Shown: piece by piece, positions 41,843 to 50,471 of the stretch | Position numbering within the stretch: position 1 is the stretch's first letter | Layout: each line of letters opens with the position of its first letter | Source: Meyerozyma guilliermondii | Lineage: Eukaryota | Length of the DNA: 64,000 nucleotides | Assembly: GCA_051546255.1 (NCBI GenBank) | Contig: CP128819.1 | Location: forward strand, 186,001 to 250,000 | Direction: 5' to 3' | Program-made: the position numbers and the translations under genes | Notes under the pieces: generated by a model | Database searches by the model: none | Seen by the model: only the letters and a program-made list of their open reading frames with translations | What the model was told of the DNA's origin: nothing

Positions 41843-42370
41843 ATGGCTGCTGTTTTCCCTAGAACCTGTTACAAGTGTGGTGAAGTGGGCCACTTGGCAG
41901 ACAACTGCCAACAAACCGAAAGATTGTGCTACAACTGCCGCAAGCCAGGACACGAATCCACCGAGTGTCCTGAGCCAAAACAGCCAAGCCAAAAACAGTG
42001 CTACTCTTGTGGAGATTTGGGCCATGTTCAACTGGACTGCCCAACTTCTGCCCAGGGAGCCAAGTGTTACAACTGTGGACAGTTTGGACACATTTCCAAG
42101 AACTGTAGTGAGGGAGGACGTCCCGCTGCTGCTTCCACTGGAAGTGCACCAGCACCAAAATTCTCCAAAAACGGAACCACTTGTTACAAGTGTGGAGGTC
42201 CCAACCACTTTGCTCGCGACTGCCAAGCTGGCTCGCTCAAGTGCTACGCCTGTGGTAAGGCTGGACACATTTCCAAGGACTGCAATGCTGGAGGAGACGC
42301 TGGAGCCAAAACCTGCTACAACTGCGGTAAGGCTGGTCACATTTCCCGTGACTGTGAGGAGTCTCAGTAG
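41843..42370 (+). CDS. GIS2: CCHC zinc-knuckle RNA-binding protein (CNBP ortholog)
   Basis: Seven Cx2Cx4Hx4C knuckles. Confidence 0.95.
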   Translation: MAAVFPRTCYKCGEVGHLADNCQQTERLCYNCRKPGHESTECPEPKQPSQKQCYSCGDLGHVQLDCPTSAQGAKCYNCGQFGHISKNCSEGGRPAAASTGSAPAPKFSKNGTTCYKCGGPNHFARDCQAGSLKCYACGKAGHISKDCNAGGDAGAKTCYNCGKAGHISRDCEESQ

Positions 42371-42398
42371 TTAATAGTGTAAGTGAATCGGATGCTTT

Positions 42399-43373
42399 TC
42401 ATGAGTTCATTTGTTGCTTTTTTGTAGATTGCGAGTAGTCCACCACGACGTGACGTCCGTCCACGACAACGTCCTGAAGAGCAGCGTAGGCACGATCAGC
42501 TTCGGTGGTAGACGAGAGCTCCACAAATCCATAGGATTTCCCGGCAATGATAGTGACTCCTTTGACGGTTCCGTAGCGCAGAAAAAGTGAAGCTATGGAC
42601 GCTGCGTCGGTGACTGGATTCAACTTGGCGATGAATAAAGTGTGAGGAGACGGCTTGACGTTGTAATGTGGTAAATCACCAAGCAATTCAAGTGCTATAG
42701 CGGCGGAATTGACATGGTCTGAGTCTCTTTCTGGTTTTGGAGAGGTGCTAATTCGCACGTTTCGAAGCTGGGTTTCGGAAACTTCGTGGGAAAGTTGTGG
42801 AACCTCGAGTTCGGGAAATGGATCATGAAGAATATGGGTGTTTGTGATGCGAACGTCTATTAGCGGGCGCCCTTGATCGTCCACAGCACTGTTGTTTATA
42901 GTATCTAGGGCAGGAAACCCTTCTGCTACGCGGCCAACCCGAACCAAGTTCTTCATATGGCGAAGCAAATTCCAGTCTGAAGTCAATGAAATGGCAAAAG
43001 TAGACCCGATAGTGGGATCTTGCGAGGCTATTTCGCCACGGGTAACAAAAAAAACAACCCCAAGTGCCGAATCTGAGTCGTCAGCTGAAACACTTTTTGC
43101 ACCCTTTTCATCATCAACAGTAGTGAAGTGCAAATATCCACTATCGTTATGCCCATATTTCTCGGGAATGGTGGCAATGGCACATATCGACCGTCCGTGG
43201 CTCTCTGGGTACTCTGGGTCACCAGATACCACCACAGTATCTTTCTTCAAGCCATAGAAAGGAGCAAAGAAAAAGTAATTTGCCCGTGCCAACTTGACAA
43301 AATTGTAACCTAAACTTGTAGTTTCAACGTCTATAACCACATTTCCAGCAGTTGTTTCAAAAAGAATACTCAT
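42399..43373 (-). CDS. Cyclophilin-RRM protein (PPIL4/Rct1-like)
   Basis: MSILFETTAGNVVID, GRVAEG, IxHDPF, LFIAKLNPVT RRM, VVVDYSQS. Confidence 0.8.
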   Translation of the reverse strand: MSILFETTAGNVVIDVETTSLGYNFVKLARANYFFFAPFYGLKKDTVVVSGDPEYPESHGRSICAIATIPEKYGHNDSGYLHFTTVDDEKGAKSVSADDSDSALGVVFFVTRGEIASQDPTIGSTFAISLTSDWNLLRHMKNLVRVGRVAEGFPALDTINNSAVDDQGRPLIDVRITNTHILHDPFPELEVPQLSHEVSETQLRNVRISTSPKPERDSDHVNSAAIALELLGDLPHYNVKPSPHTLFIAKLNPVTDAASIASLFLRYGTVKGVTIIAGKSYGFVELSSTTEADRAYAALQDVVVDGRHVVVDYSQSTKKQQMNS

Positions 43374-43740
43374 ATAGTCCACAACCAACGAGGTGTTTTA
43401 TAAAACCATCAAGGTGTGGTGCGCGATTGCAGCAAAACCACACTTCAAAACGTTTTTGTGCAGGAACAATAGAAAATATGGTTTAGCAGCCCAAGTCCAT
43501 GGAAAAACAAAACGAGTCTAGAAAAATCTTCATACTTGATGCTATGGCAGTCTTGAGCCCAACAAGCTTGTTCCAGAAATCAACGAAAAAAGTGAAAAAT
43601 GGTAATTGCGATTATCACCTTGCCATAAAAAATAATTTGCCAAGGTATTTCAGTTACCAGTCAATGCTTCTACCACAATATAAGCAAGCAAGCGACACCA
43701 TTAAGTGGCCCATTTAATAGTTTATGGTGATACAGAGACG

Positions 43741-43812
43741 AAAACGGGACGTAAAAACCTAAAATTCACCATCTAAAACAGGACGTAAAAACTTAAAGTT
43801 CACTATCTAAAA
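43741..43812. repeat. 34-bp tandem duplication
   Basis: aaaacgggacgtaaaaacctaaaattcaccatct / aaaacaggacgtaaaaacttaaagttcactatct. Confidence 0.85.
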
Positions 43813-44214
43813 TTGAAGAAAACAAGACTTTACCATAATCTCTCGCCAATGAATGGCTAGTTTTCGTAAGTTAGAGACCAAAGAATCAAACTAAAGTTTT
43901 TTTGCCAACAATAAAATTCTTTGTATGTATTAGTGAAAACTTATAGGTCTGAGTTTACTCAGGTTAGTGGTCTTAAACACATCAATTAAATGCAAATTAA
44001 AGGCATCATCACAAAAAGGGTCAAAATCAAGATATCCAATAGGTTTGAAAAAAAAATTCTTGTGATTTTGCCGTATGGATATTTGCAGCCGTATATCTCT
44101 ACGCCCGCGCTGGGTGCAGGCGAGCGATGCACCGAATTCAGCTCGCTCAGCACCGCGAATTCAGCACATCTGCACTCCCTGATTAGTGAGCGTGGAAGAT
44201 CAACTCCACGAATA

Positions 44215-45240
44215 ATGGAACACACAGAAACTTGTAGGATCCTCGACGAGCCCACGGGGACCACCCCCGACAACTCGGATGCAAATATATCGTTTTTTTC
44301 TCAAACTCCAAGAGAATTAGCTAATTCTGGAATGATATATGATGTCAACGAAAACCCCATGGACGAAGCTGCCATGAACGAAATACACCAAGAGTGCGAC
44401 AAGCACATGAATGTTAATAACGGAAACCCCATAGAACTTAACCACGAAAACATGAACCTTTACAATTCCATTTTCGAAAACCAGTCTTCGCAAGCAAGTT
44501 ACTCGCTGCCCAGTTCTCGAGCCCACCCTTCTCCCGGCACAGCATCGACACTGACTGTAGAGACAGAGACGTTCAGGCGGTCGCAGGCTGCTGCCACGCA
44601 GAGCACGAGTCTGCGTAAAACTAAAGTGAAAGGTGTGAGCGAAGAAGAAGCTGCATTGCTAGCACGAGACGATACTGAGCTTTCAGACAAAGAATTGCAG
44701 CTTAAGCGGAAGGCCCAGAATAGGCTTGCACAGCGGGCGTTCCGGGAGCGGAAAGAGACCAGAATGAAGGAATTAGAGCTCAAACTCACTCAATCTGAAG
44801 ATGAGAAAAAACGACTTCTTGACCAGTTGGACTTGATCAGAAAACACAACCTCAACATGCAAAGCGAAAACGAACGGTTGAGAAGTTTAGCGTCGCTGAC
44901 CGCCGCGGAACACCCCGATACCAAACCGCCAAGTGGGTTTTCATTTGCATTTCCAAGTACCCAGGAGGACTTTGTGCACAACTTGGTGGGAAATGCACAC
45001 GAAATAGACACCAACAACATCAACAGGGTGTACGAGATTCCTCAGGAGCCAGGCGAGAAAATCTTGGCGGTGGGTGCTGTTTGGGACTACTTGGTGCGTA
45101 TGGCTGAAGACCTGGACAAGGATATTGATGTCATTGAAATAATGGAAAAACTCAAGGGCCATGAACGATGCCACGGCTATGGGCCAGCATACCCATTGAA
45201 GTTGGTACAAGAGGTGGCAGAAAGATGCAGCTCTTCGTGA
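44215..45240 (+). CDS. FCR3: AP-1-like bZIP transcription factor (Fcr3/Yap3 family)
   Basis: KRKAQNRLAQRAFRERKE basic region plus zipper; C-terminal WDYL...LKGHERCHGYGPAYP; start codon uncertain. Confidence 0.75.
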   Translation: MEHTETCRILDEPTGTTPDNSDANISFFSQTPRELANSGMIYDVNENPMDEAAMNEIHQECDKHMNVNNGNPIELNHENMNLYNSIFENQSSQASYSLPSSRAHPSPGTASTLTVETETFRRSQAAATQSTSLRKTKVKGVSEEEAALLARDDTELSDKELQLKRKAQNRLAQRAFRERKETRMKELELKLTQSEDEKKRLLDQLDLIRKHNLNMQSENERLRSLASLTAAEHPDTKPPSGFSFAFPSTQEDFVHNLVGNAHEIDTNNINRVYEIPQEPGEKILAVGAVWDYLVRMAEDLDKDIDVIEIMEKLKGHERCHGYGPAYPLKLVQEVAERCSSS

Positions 45241-45355
45241 CGAAGATCTAGGGTTATTCATTGCTCACTGTGCATCGGCACAGCTATTTAATTACTGCTT
45301 CTGTGAATGGATGGACTGGCTGGTTAATCGGGTTCAAGGAATCCAATTCATACAA

Positions 45356-45400
45356 AGAGATAGCCAGAGATAGCCAGAGATAGCCAGAGGTAATCAGAGA
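45356..45400. repeat. 10-bp tandem repeat (AGAGATAGCC)
   Basis: agagatagccagagatagccagagatagccagagg. Confidence 0.7.
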
Positions 45401-45880
45401 TCATTGGTGTCGAAGACGTCGTTCGCAATTACTTCGACATAGTCTGCAATAGCTTCGAAAAACGGTCACCAAAATTGTTTCATCGAAAGGAGCTATGAAC
45501 GAAAGCAAGTGCTTGTGGTCTCATGATTTGGGCTGAGCCATTATCTGTTTGCTCATTCTCATAGTGACATGCTTCACTATATGCCATTACTACACTGACA
45601 GTTTCTACAAATGACTGACTGGACTTGTCCCTATATCAATAATACGCTAGGATGAATATCACACTAGGAAGAATACACAAGGCCGCAATTGCTTCTTTGA
45701 AACCAGAACATTCGGCTGCAAATTGGGACTAATTGATATCTACAATTGCTTCTGTAAAACAAGACTTGTATAAACCAATCTTATTTACAAACCACTTATT
45801 TATAACCAAGTATTATTTATAGTATGCCCATTTTTAGTTCGTCCATTTTTAGTTCCATTTCCTCTATCTTTCCCCAGTGC

Positions 45881-45893
45881 GAACTTTCTAGAA
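45881..45893 (+). promoter_or_regulatory. Heat shock element upstream of STI1
   Basis: GAActTTCtaGAA, three inverted nGAAn units about 45 bp upstream of the ATG of an Hsp90 co-chaperone. Confidence 0.75.
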
Positions 45894-45937
45894 ATTTGAT
45901 CTTGAACATTTAACGCACTCAACTCTTCTTCCTCACC

Positions 45938-47674
45938 ATGTCAGCCGAAGAATACAAAGCGCAAGGAAACAAGCATTTCGCTGCCAAGGAGTTTGAGCAG
46001 GCCATTGAATACTTCACCAAGGCCATCGAGGCGTCTCCAACTCCAAATCATGTTCTTTTTTCAAACCGGTCCGCTTCTTACGCCTCGTTGAAAAACTATA
46101 AAAAGGCTCTTGAAGACGCCCAGCAATGTATCGAAGCCAACTCGCTGTGGGCAAAGGGCTACAACAGAGTGGCAAGTGCCCATTATGGTTTGGGCAACTA
46201 TGAAGATTCCAAGAAAGCCTACCAAAAGGCACTCGAACTCGACCCCAGTAATGCCATGGCCAAGGACGGATTGAAAGCCGTAGAAGAAGCCGAGGCTTCG
46301 CGCAACAGTCAGCCAGACTTGGGCTTGGGTGCTATGTTCTCGGATCCCAATTTGATCGCCAACTTGAGATCCAATCCAAAGACGGCTGAGCTCATGAAAG
46401 ACCCGGAATTGGTGCAAAAGGTGATGAATGTGCAACAAAACCCAAAGGCAAATGCCATGCAGTTCATGACTGACCCTAGAATGATGCAGATCATGGCCAC
46501 GTTGATGGGAATCGACATGGATGCTCCTCCTTCTATGGGCGGTGAACAGCCTTCGTCAGCCTCAACTTCTTCGTCAAATGCTGCACAATCGGAACCAGAA
46601 CCCGAAACCAAACCAGAACCAATGGAGACCAGCAAGACCGCTGAGGACCCTGTGGTGTCTGAGCCAGAACCTATGGAGACCAGCAAGTCCGAAGCCGATG
46701 CAGCCAAAGCTGAAGGAAACACTCTTTACAAGCAAAAGAAGTTTGATGAAGCCATTGCTCTTTACCAGAAAGCTTGGGACCTCCACAAGGACATCACATA
46801 CCTCAACAACCGTGCTGCTGCTGAATACGAAAAGGGAGACTATGACGCAGCCATTCAGACTTGTCAGACTGCCATTGATGAAGGCAGAGAAATGAGAGCC
46901 GATTACAAAATCATTGCCAAGTCGTTTGCCAGATTGGGTAACATCTACTTAAAGAAGGAAGATCTTGAGACAGCTGCCAAGTACTTTGACAAATCGTTGA
47001 CCGAGCACAGAACCCCAGACGTTTTGAACAAGTTGAGATCAACCCAGAAAGAGATCAAGGTTCGTGAGGCACAAAGCTACATTGACCCTGAGAAGGCAGA
47101 AGAAGCACGTTTGCAAGGTAAAGAGTACTTCACAAAGGGAGATTGGCCTAATGCTGTCAAGGCGTATACCGAAATGGTCAAGAGAGCCCCAGAAGATGCC
47201 CGTGGATACTCTAATAGAGCGGCCGCTTTGGCCAAATTGATGTCGTTCCCCGACGCCGTCGACGACTGTAACAAGGCTATTGAGAAAGACCCAACGTTTA
47301 TTCGTGCTTACATTCGTAAAGCTAATGCTCAATTGGCCATGAAAGAATACTCTCAAGTTATCGAGACTTTGAACGAGGCTCGTGAAAAGGACTTGAGTCT
47401 TGGCGAGGGAAAGAATGTTAACGAGATTGACCAATTACTCAACCGTGCTATGTCCCAGAGATTCCTGGCTATCGAGGGTGAGACTCCAGAGCAGACCATG
47501 GAGAGAGTTTCGAGAGATCCTGAAATTGTGTCCATTTTGCAGGACCCAGTTATGCAAGGTATTTTGAGTCAGGCCCGCGACAACCCTGCTGCTTTGCAAG
47601 ACCACATGAGAAACCCTGCCGTCAGCAAGAAGATCAATACATTGATTGCAGCCGGTGTTATCAGAACCAGATAA
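45938..47674 (+). CDS. STI1: Hsp70/Hsp90 co-chaperone
   Basis: TPR1-DP1-TPR2A-TPR2B-DP2 architecture, KSLTEHRTPD, ends LIAAGVIRTR. Confidence 0.97.
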   Translation: MSAEEYKAQGNKHFAAKEFEQAIEYFTKAIEASPTPNHVLFSNRSASYASLKNYKKALEDAQQCIEANSLWAKGYNRVASAHYGLGNYEDSKKAYQKALELDPSNAMAKDGLKAVEEAEASRNSQPDLGLGAMFSDPNLIANLRSNPKTAELMKDPELVQKVMNVQQNPKANAMQFMTDPRMMQIMATLMGIDMDAPPSMGGEQPSSASTSSSNAAQSEPEPETKPEPMETSKTAEDPVVSEPEPMETSKSEADAAKAEGNTLYKQKKFDEAIALYQKAWDLHKDITYLNNRAAAEYEKGDYDAAIQTCQTAIDEGREMRADYKIIAKSFARLGNIYLKKEDLETAAKYFDKSLTEHRTPDVLNKLRSTQKEIKVREAQSYIDPEKAEEARLQGKEYFTKGDWPNAVKAYTEMVKRAPEDARGYSNRAAALAKLMSFPDAVDDCNKAIEKDPTFIRAYIRKANAQLAMKEYSQVIETLNEAREKDLSLGEGKNVNEIDQLLNRAMSQRFLAIEGETPEQTMERVSRDPEIVSILQDPVMQGILSQARDNPAALQDHMRNPAVSKKINTLIAAGVIRTR

Positions 47675-47701
47675 ATAGTTCACATTAAATTCAGTAATAA
47701 A

Positions 47702-50188
47702 CTAGCCTAAATTATTGTCAAAGAAAAAGTTGGGCAAGTTGTTCATGGGAGAGTACGATGACTCAAGTAATGGGTTGTTCAAACCACTGTCGAAAAAGAG
47801 ACCGTAGTTAAGTGGTGCGCCTTTCTGGTCGTCTTTGCCCTGGAAAGTGTCGTTTATAGAGCTGTTGGTCGAGCTTGTTTCCTTTGCTGTCTGAGCTTCC
47901 CAGTTGAGCCGATCCTCTCCAAAGATAAACCGAAACACTTCAGTATCTTCCGCGGTACGGAGATCTGGGAAGATTTTTGTAACACTCTCCAAATGATCCT
48001 CCAATCCATCGATCTCAGCCATGAGATTATATGATGTAGTTTTTTGAAAGTACCTTACAACAATTCTCAACAATATTCGAGCGATACCATCCGTGGCGGC
48101 TTCTCTGCTGAGTGGATGGAAACGATTTATTCCCAGAGTTTCTTCCACATGCTTGAAATAACTGAAAAAATTCATGGATACATCAATGAGTAGTTTCAAG
48201 TCAAGATAAGTATCGGTGTGTGCTGGTCTGTGTAGGCAGGTTCTAATCATGCTCATGTATGCAGCAAAAGGATAATACAGTAGCCACTTGACACAGGAAG
48301 GAGATGCAGTTGCCCTGTCCAACTTTCTGACCAAATGTAATATTGTTCTTGAGCTATTGGACTGTAATTCTCGAAAGTTGAGACTCTCGGAACAAAATTG
48401 ATCGTGATCAGGATAGTCTATCTGGAAGGGCAACCTATTGATAGTCATGAGGTGAATGAAGTAGGTCAATTGAAATGTGAGAAAGTTATCGCGAGAAGTG
48501 TCACTGAGCTTCATGACAACTTCACGGTATCGAGTGTCGAAATCAACGTGATCGTAGAAAAGCGGACGAATAACCGGAGGCATCGAATTGCTTACGTCCA
48601 TGAGTTCCTGGTTTAGGCTGGAGAGCGTTTGCAGAATGGTGAAAAATGACTTATGTTCGGCCGATGCGCTGAACAAGACATTGTAAGACTTGGCTCTGAT
48701 TTTCGTTAATTGCATCAAAAAATGGCTCGTGCATTGGTAAATGCATTCGTCAGGAGCAGTTCGAATTTCTTCAGCCATTTGTGACCAGTGCGAGCAAGAC
48801 ATCAATTCCTTGGGAATATCGATCTGATAGCCCCCATAGTCATTTTCAGAAAATGTGGAGACGTCAAGGTAGTTGACCAAAGGTGGACGGCCAGCTCTAT
48901 AACAGAGTTCCATATCGAAGTATTGGCAAAACCACCACAAACGACGTCGTTGATTTCTCTCATTCTCGGAAAGAAATTCAAAGCTCTCAAAACGGTGTAA
49001 GCCCACTTCTTGAGCTAGACGAACGGCCACAGATATCATAATATAATTTGTCTTTGAAGTGGTCCAGCAAGTCTCAATGTACATTGCAAGAAGAAGAATG
49101 CCCTGAATGGCGATTATTCCCTCATGAAATAGCAGAACTTTGGAGTAATAGAATAACGCATAGTTAGTATAGGCGTCTTGCATTCTTTGAAGGTCAAGAA
49201 GGGTTAGTTTGTCGAGGGCCGGGCGAACCTTTCTGGAGAGATGGCTTTTGGAATGGCGCTGTCTTCTTATGTCTTGTTCTCTTGAGATGCAAAGCAAAAG
49301 TGCCACATTCATCACTAGCAATTCAGGCATAGTGGGACGCTTTGCAGATCCATGCGGACCCAAAAGCTGGTCAAACATGGCTCGTATGTCTTTGAGATCA
49401 CAGAGGTAGCTCACCATGAATATAGTATCGTAATTCTCCAACAAGTCATACACTAGCTGAGGGTCTTCCACCGCTTTTCCCTTGTGAATTTTTATCAACT
49501 GTTCTGCTCCCACCTGGGGACCGACGTTCAGAACCGCTTGTGGTGATTCTTTGCACATTTTAAAGACATAGGCTAGGGTTTCGAGCGGTCTCACATATGA
49601 TCGGTCTTCAGGACCTAGCAACTGAGCCATCCATTCTATGGATTTCTGAGAAAAAATGTTGAAAAGGGAATGCGTACCGTAGTACTGTTCCATAAAGATC
49701 ACCTTTCTTTGCGGCTGCTGAGGCTGTTGAGCCTGGTCGGTGCTGTTCTTGAATGAGCCGGTCTCGGCAGTCTCGGCTGGAGTTGTGTCGCTCTTCAATG
49801 ATCCGCCCAACTTCTCCCCCAGTTCCATGGCCTCGTTGTCACTCTGGGACGTGGTAGAGGCGTCCGAGCCATCATCTATGGCCAAAAGACTTGTATCTTC
49901 TTCGTTGTTCGGATCCAATTTCGAAGTCAACCGCATTATCAACGTCTCCAAATTTCCTAGTCTTCTCTCCAAACGCTGTACGTTCTGCCCATGGTCTGGT
50001 TTCCGCTGGCGGGGCTTTCTACAATTTATGGGATATTCACAAATTTTATTATCGCTGTGAACGCAGTTGGAACATGGTTGAGCACCATCACATTTCACTT
50101 TTCTTTTTCGACAGAAATTACAGGCTTTAGAAACCCTGGTCTTGCGGACCTTTTCGGACACCGTGGTGGACGAGATAGTGCCATTCAT
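47702..50188 (-). CDS. TAC1: Zn(II)2Cys6 transcription factor, Tac1 ortholog (TAC1B-like)
   Basis: RVSKACNFCRKRKVKCDG; AQEVGLHR...RRRLWW; C-terminus NNLPNFFFDNNLG matches the Candida Tac1 activation tail. Confidence 0.8.
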   Translation of the reverse strand: MNGTISSTTVSEKVRKTRVSKACNFCRKRKVKCDGAQPCSNCVHSDNKICEYPINCRKPRQRKPDHGQNVQRLERRLGNLETLIMRLTSKLDPNNEEDTSLLAIDDGSDASTTSQSDNEAMELGEKLGGSLKSDTTPAETAETGSFKNSTDQAQQPQQPQRKVIFMEQYYGTHSLFNIFSQKSIEWMAQLLGPEDRSYVRPLETLAYVFKMCKESPQAVLNVGPQVGAEQLIKIHKGKAVEDPQLVYDLLENYDTIFMVSYLCDLKDIRAMFDQLLGPHGSAKRPTMPELLVMNVALLLCISREQDIRRQRHSKSHLSRKVRPALDKLTLLDLQRMQDAYTNYALFYYSKVLLFHEGIIAIQGILLLAMYIETCWTTSKTNYIMISVAVRLAQEVGLHRFESFEFLSENERNQRRRLWWFCQYFDMELCYRAGRPPLVNYLDVSTFSENDYGGYQIDIPKELMSCSHWSQMAEEIRTAPDECIYQCTSHFLMQLTKIRAKSYNVLFSASAEHKSFFTILQTLSSLNQELMDVSNSMPPVIRPLFYDHVDFDTRYREVVMKLSDTSRDNFLTFQLTYFIHLMTINRLPFQIDYPDHDQFCSESLNFRELQSNSSRTILHLVRKLDRATASPSCVKWLLYYPFAAYMSMIRTCLHRPAHTDTYLDLKLLIDVSMNFFSYFKHVEETLGINRFHPLSREAATDGIARILLRIVVRYFQKTTSYNLMAEIDGLEDHLESVTKIFPDLRTAEDTEVFRFIFGEDRLNWEAQTAKETSSTNSSINDTFQGKDDQKGAPLNYGLFFDSGLNNPLLESSYSPMNNLPNFFFDNNLG

Positions 50189-50471
50189 CAGTTAATATGG
50201 TTGTATGGTGGCAACAAGTAGCCAGTGCGTAAAAGATCGAATTGCAAAACCAATTTAGCATTCTGAGAGTTAGACGCAGGATCCATGCGACTGATTACGA
50301 AACGAGATTATGAAATACTAATACAAAGGGTGGAAACACAAGGAATGGAGATTCAATGCTTAAAGAGTCAATTACAGAACACAAGACTCAATTGTGGTCA
50401 TACATGAAATTTTTGCCTCAAGTTCCGGGCCGTAAATTCACCTCTAATAAATTAGTTCTATAAGTCGTAGA

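Noticed and set aside
41756..42374. Overlapping alternative ORFs around GIS2
   Set aside because: Shadow frames of a repetitive, codon-biased gene
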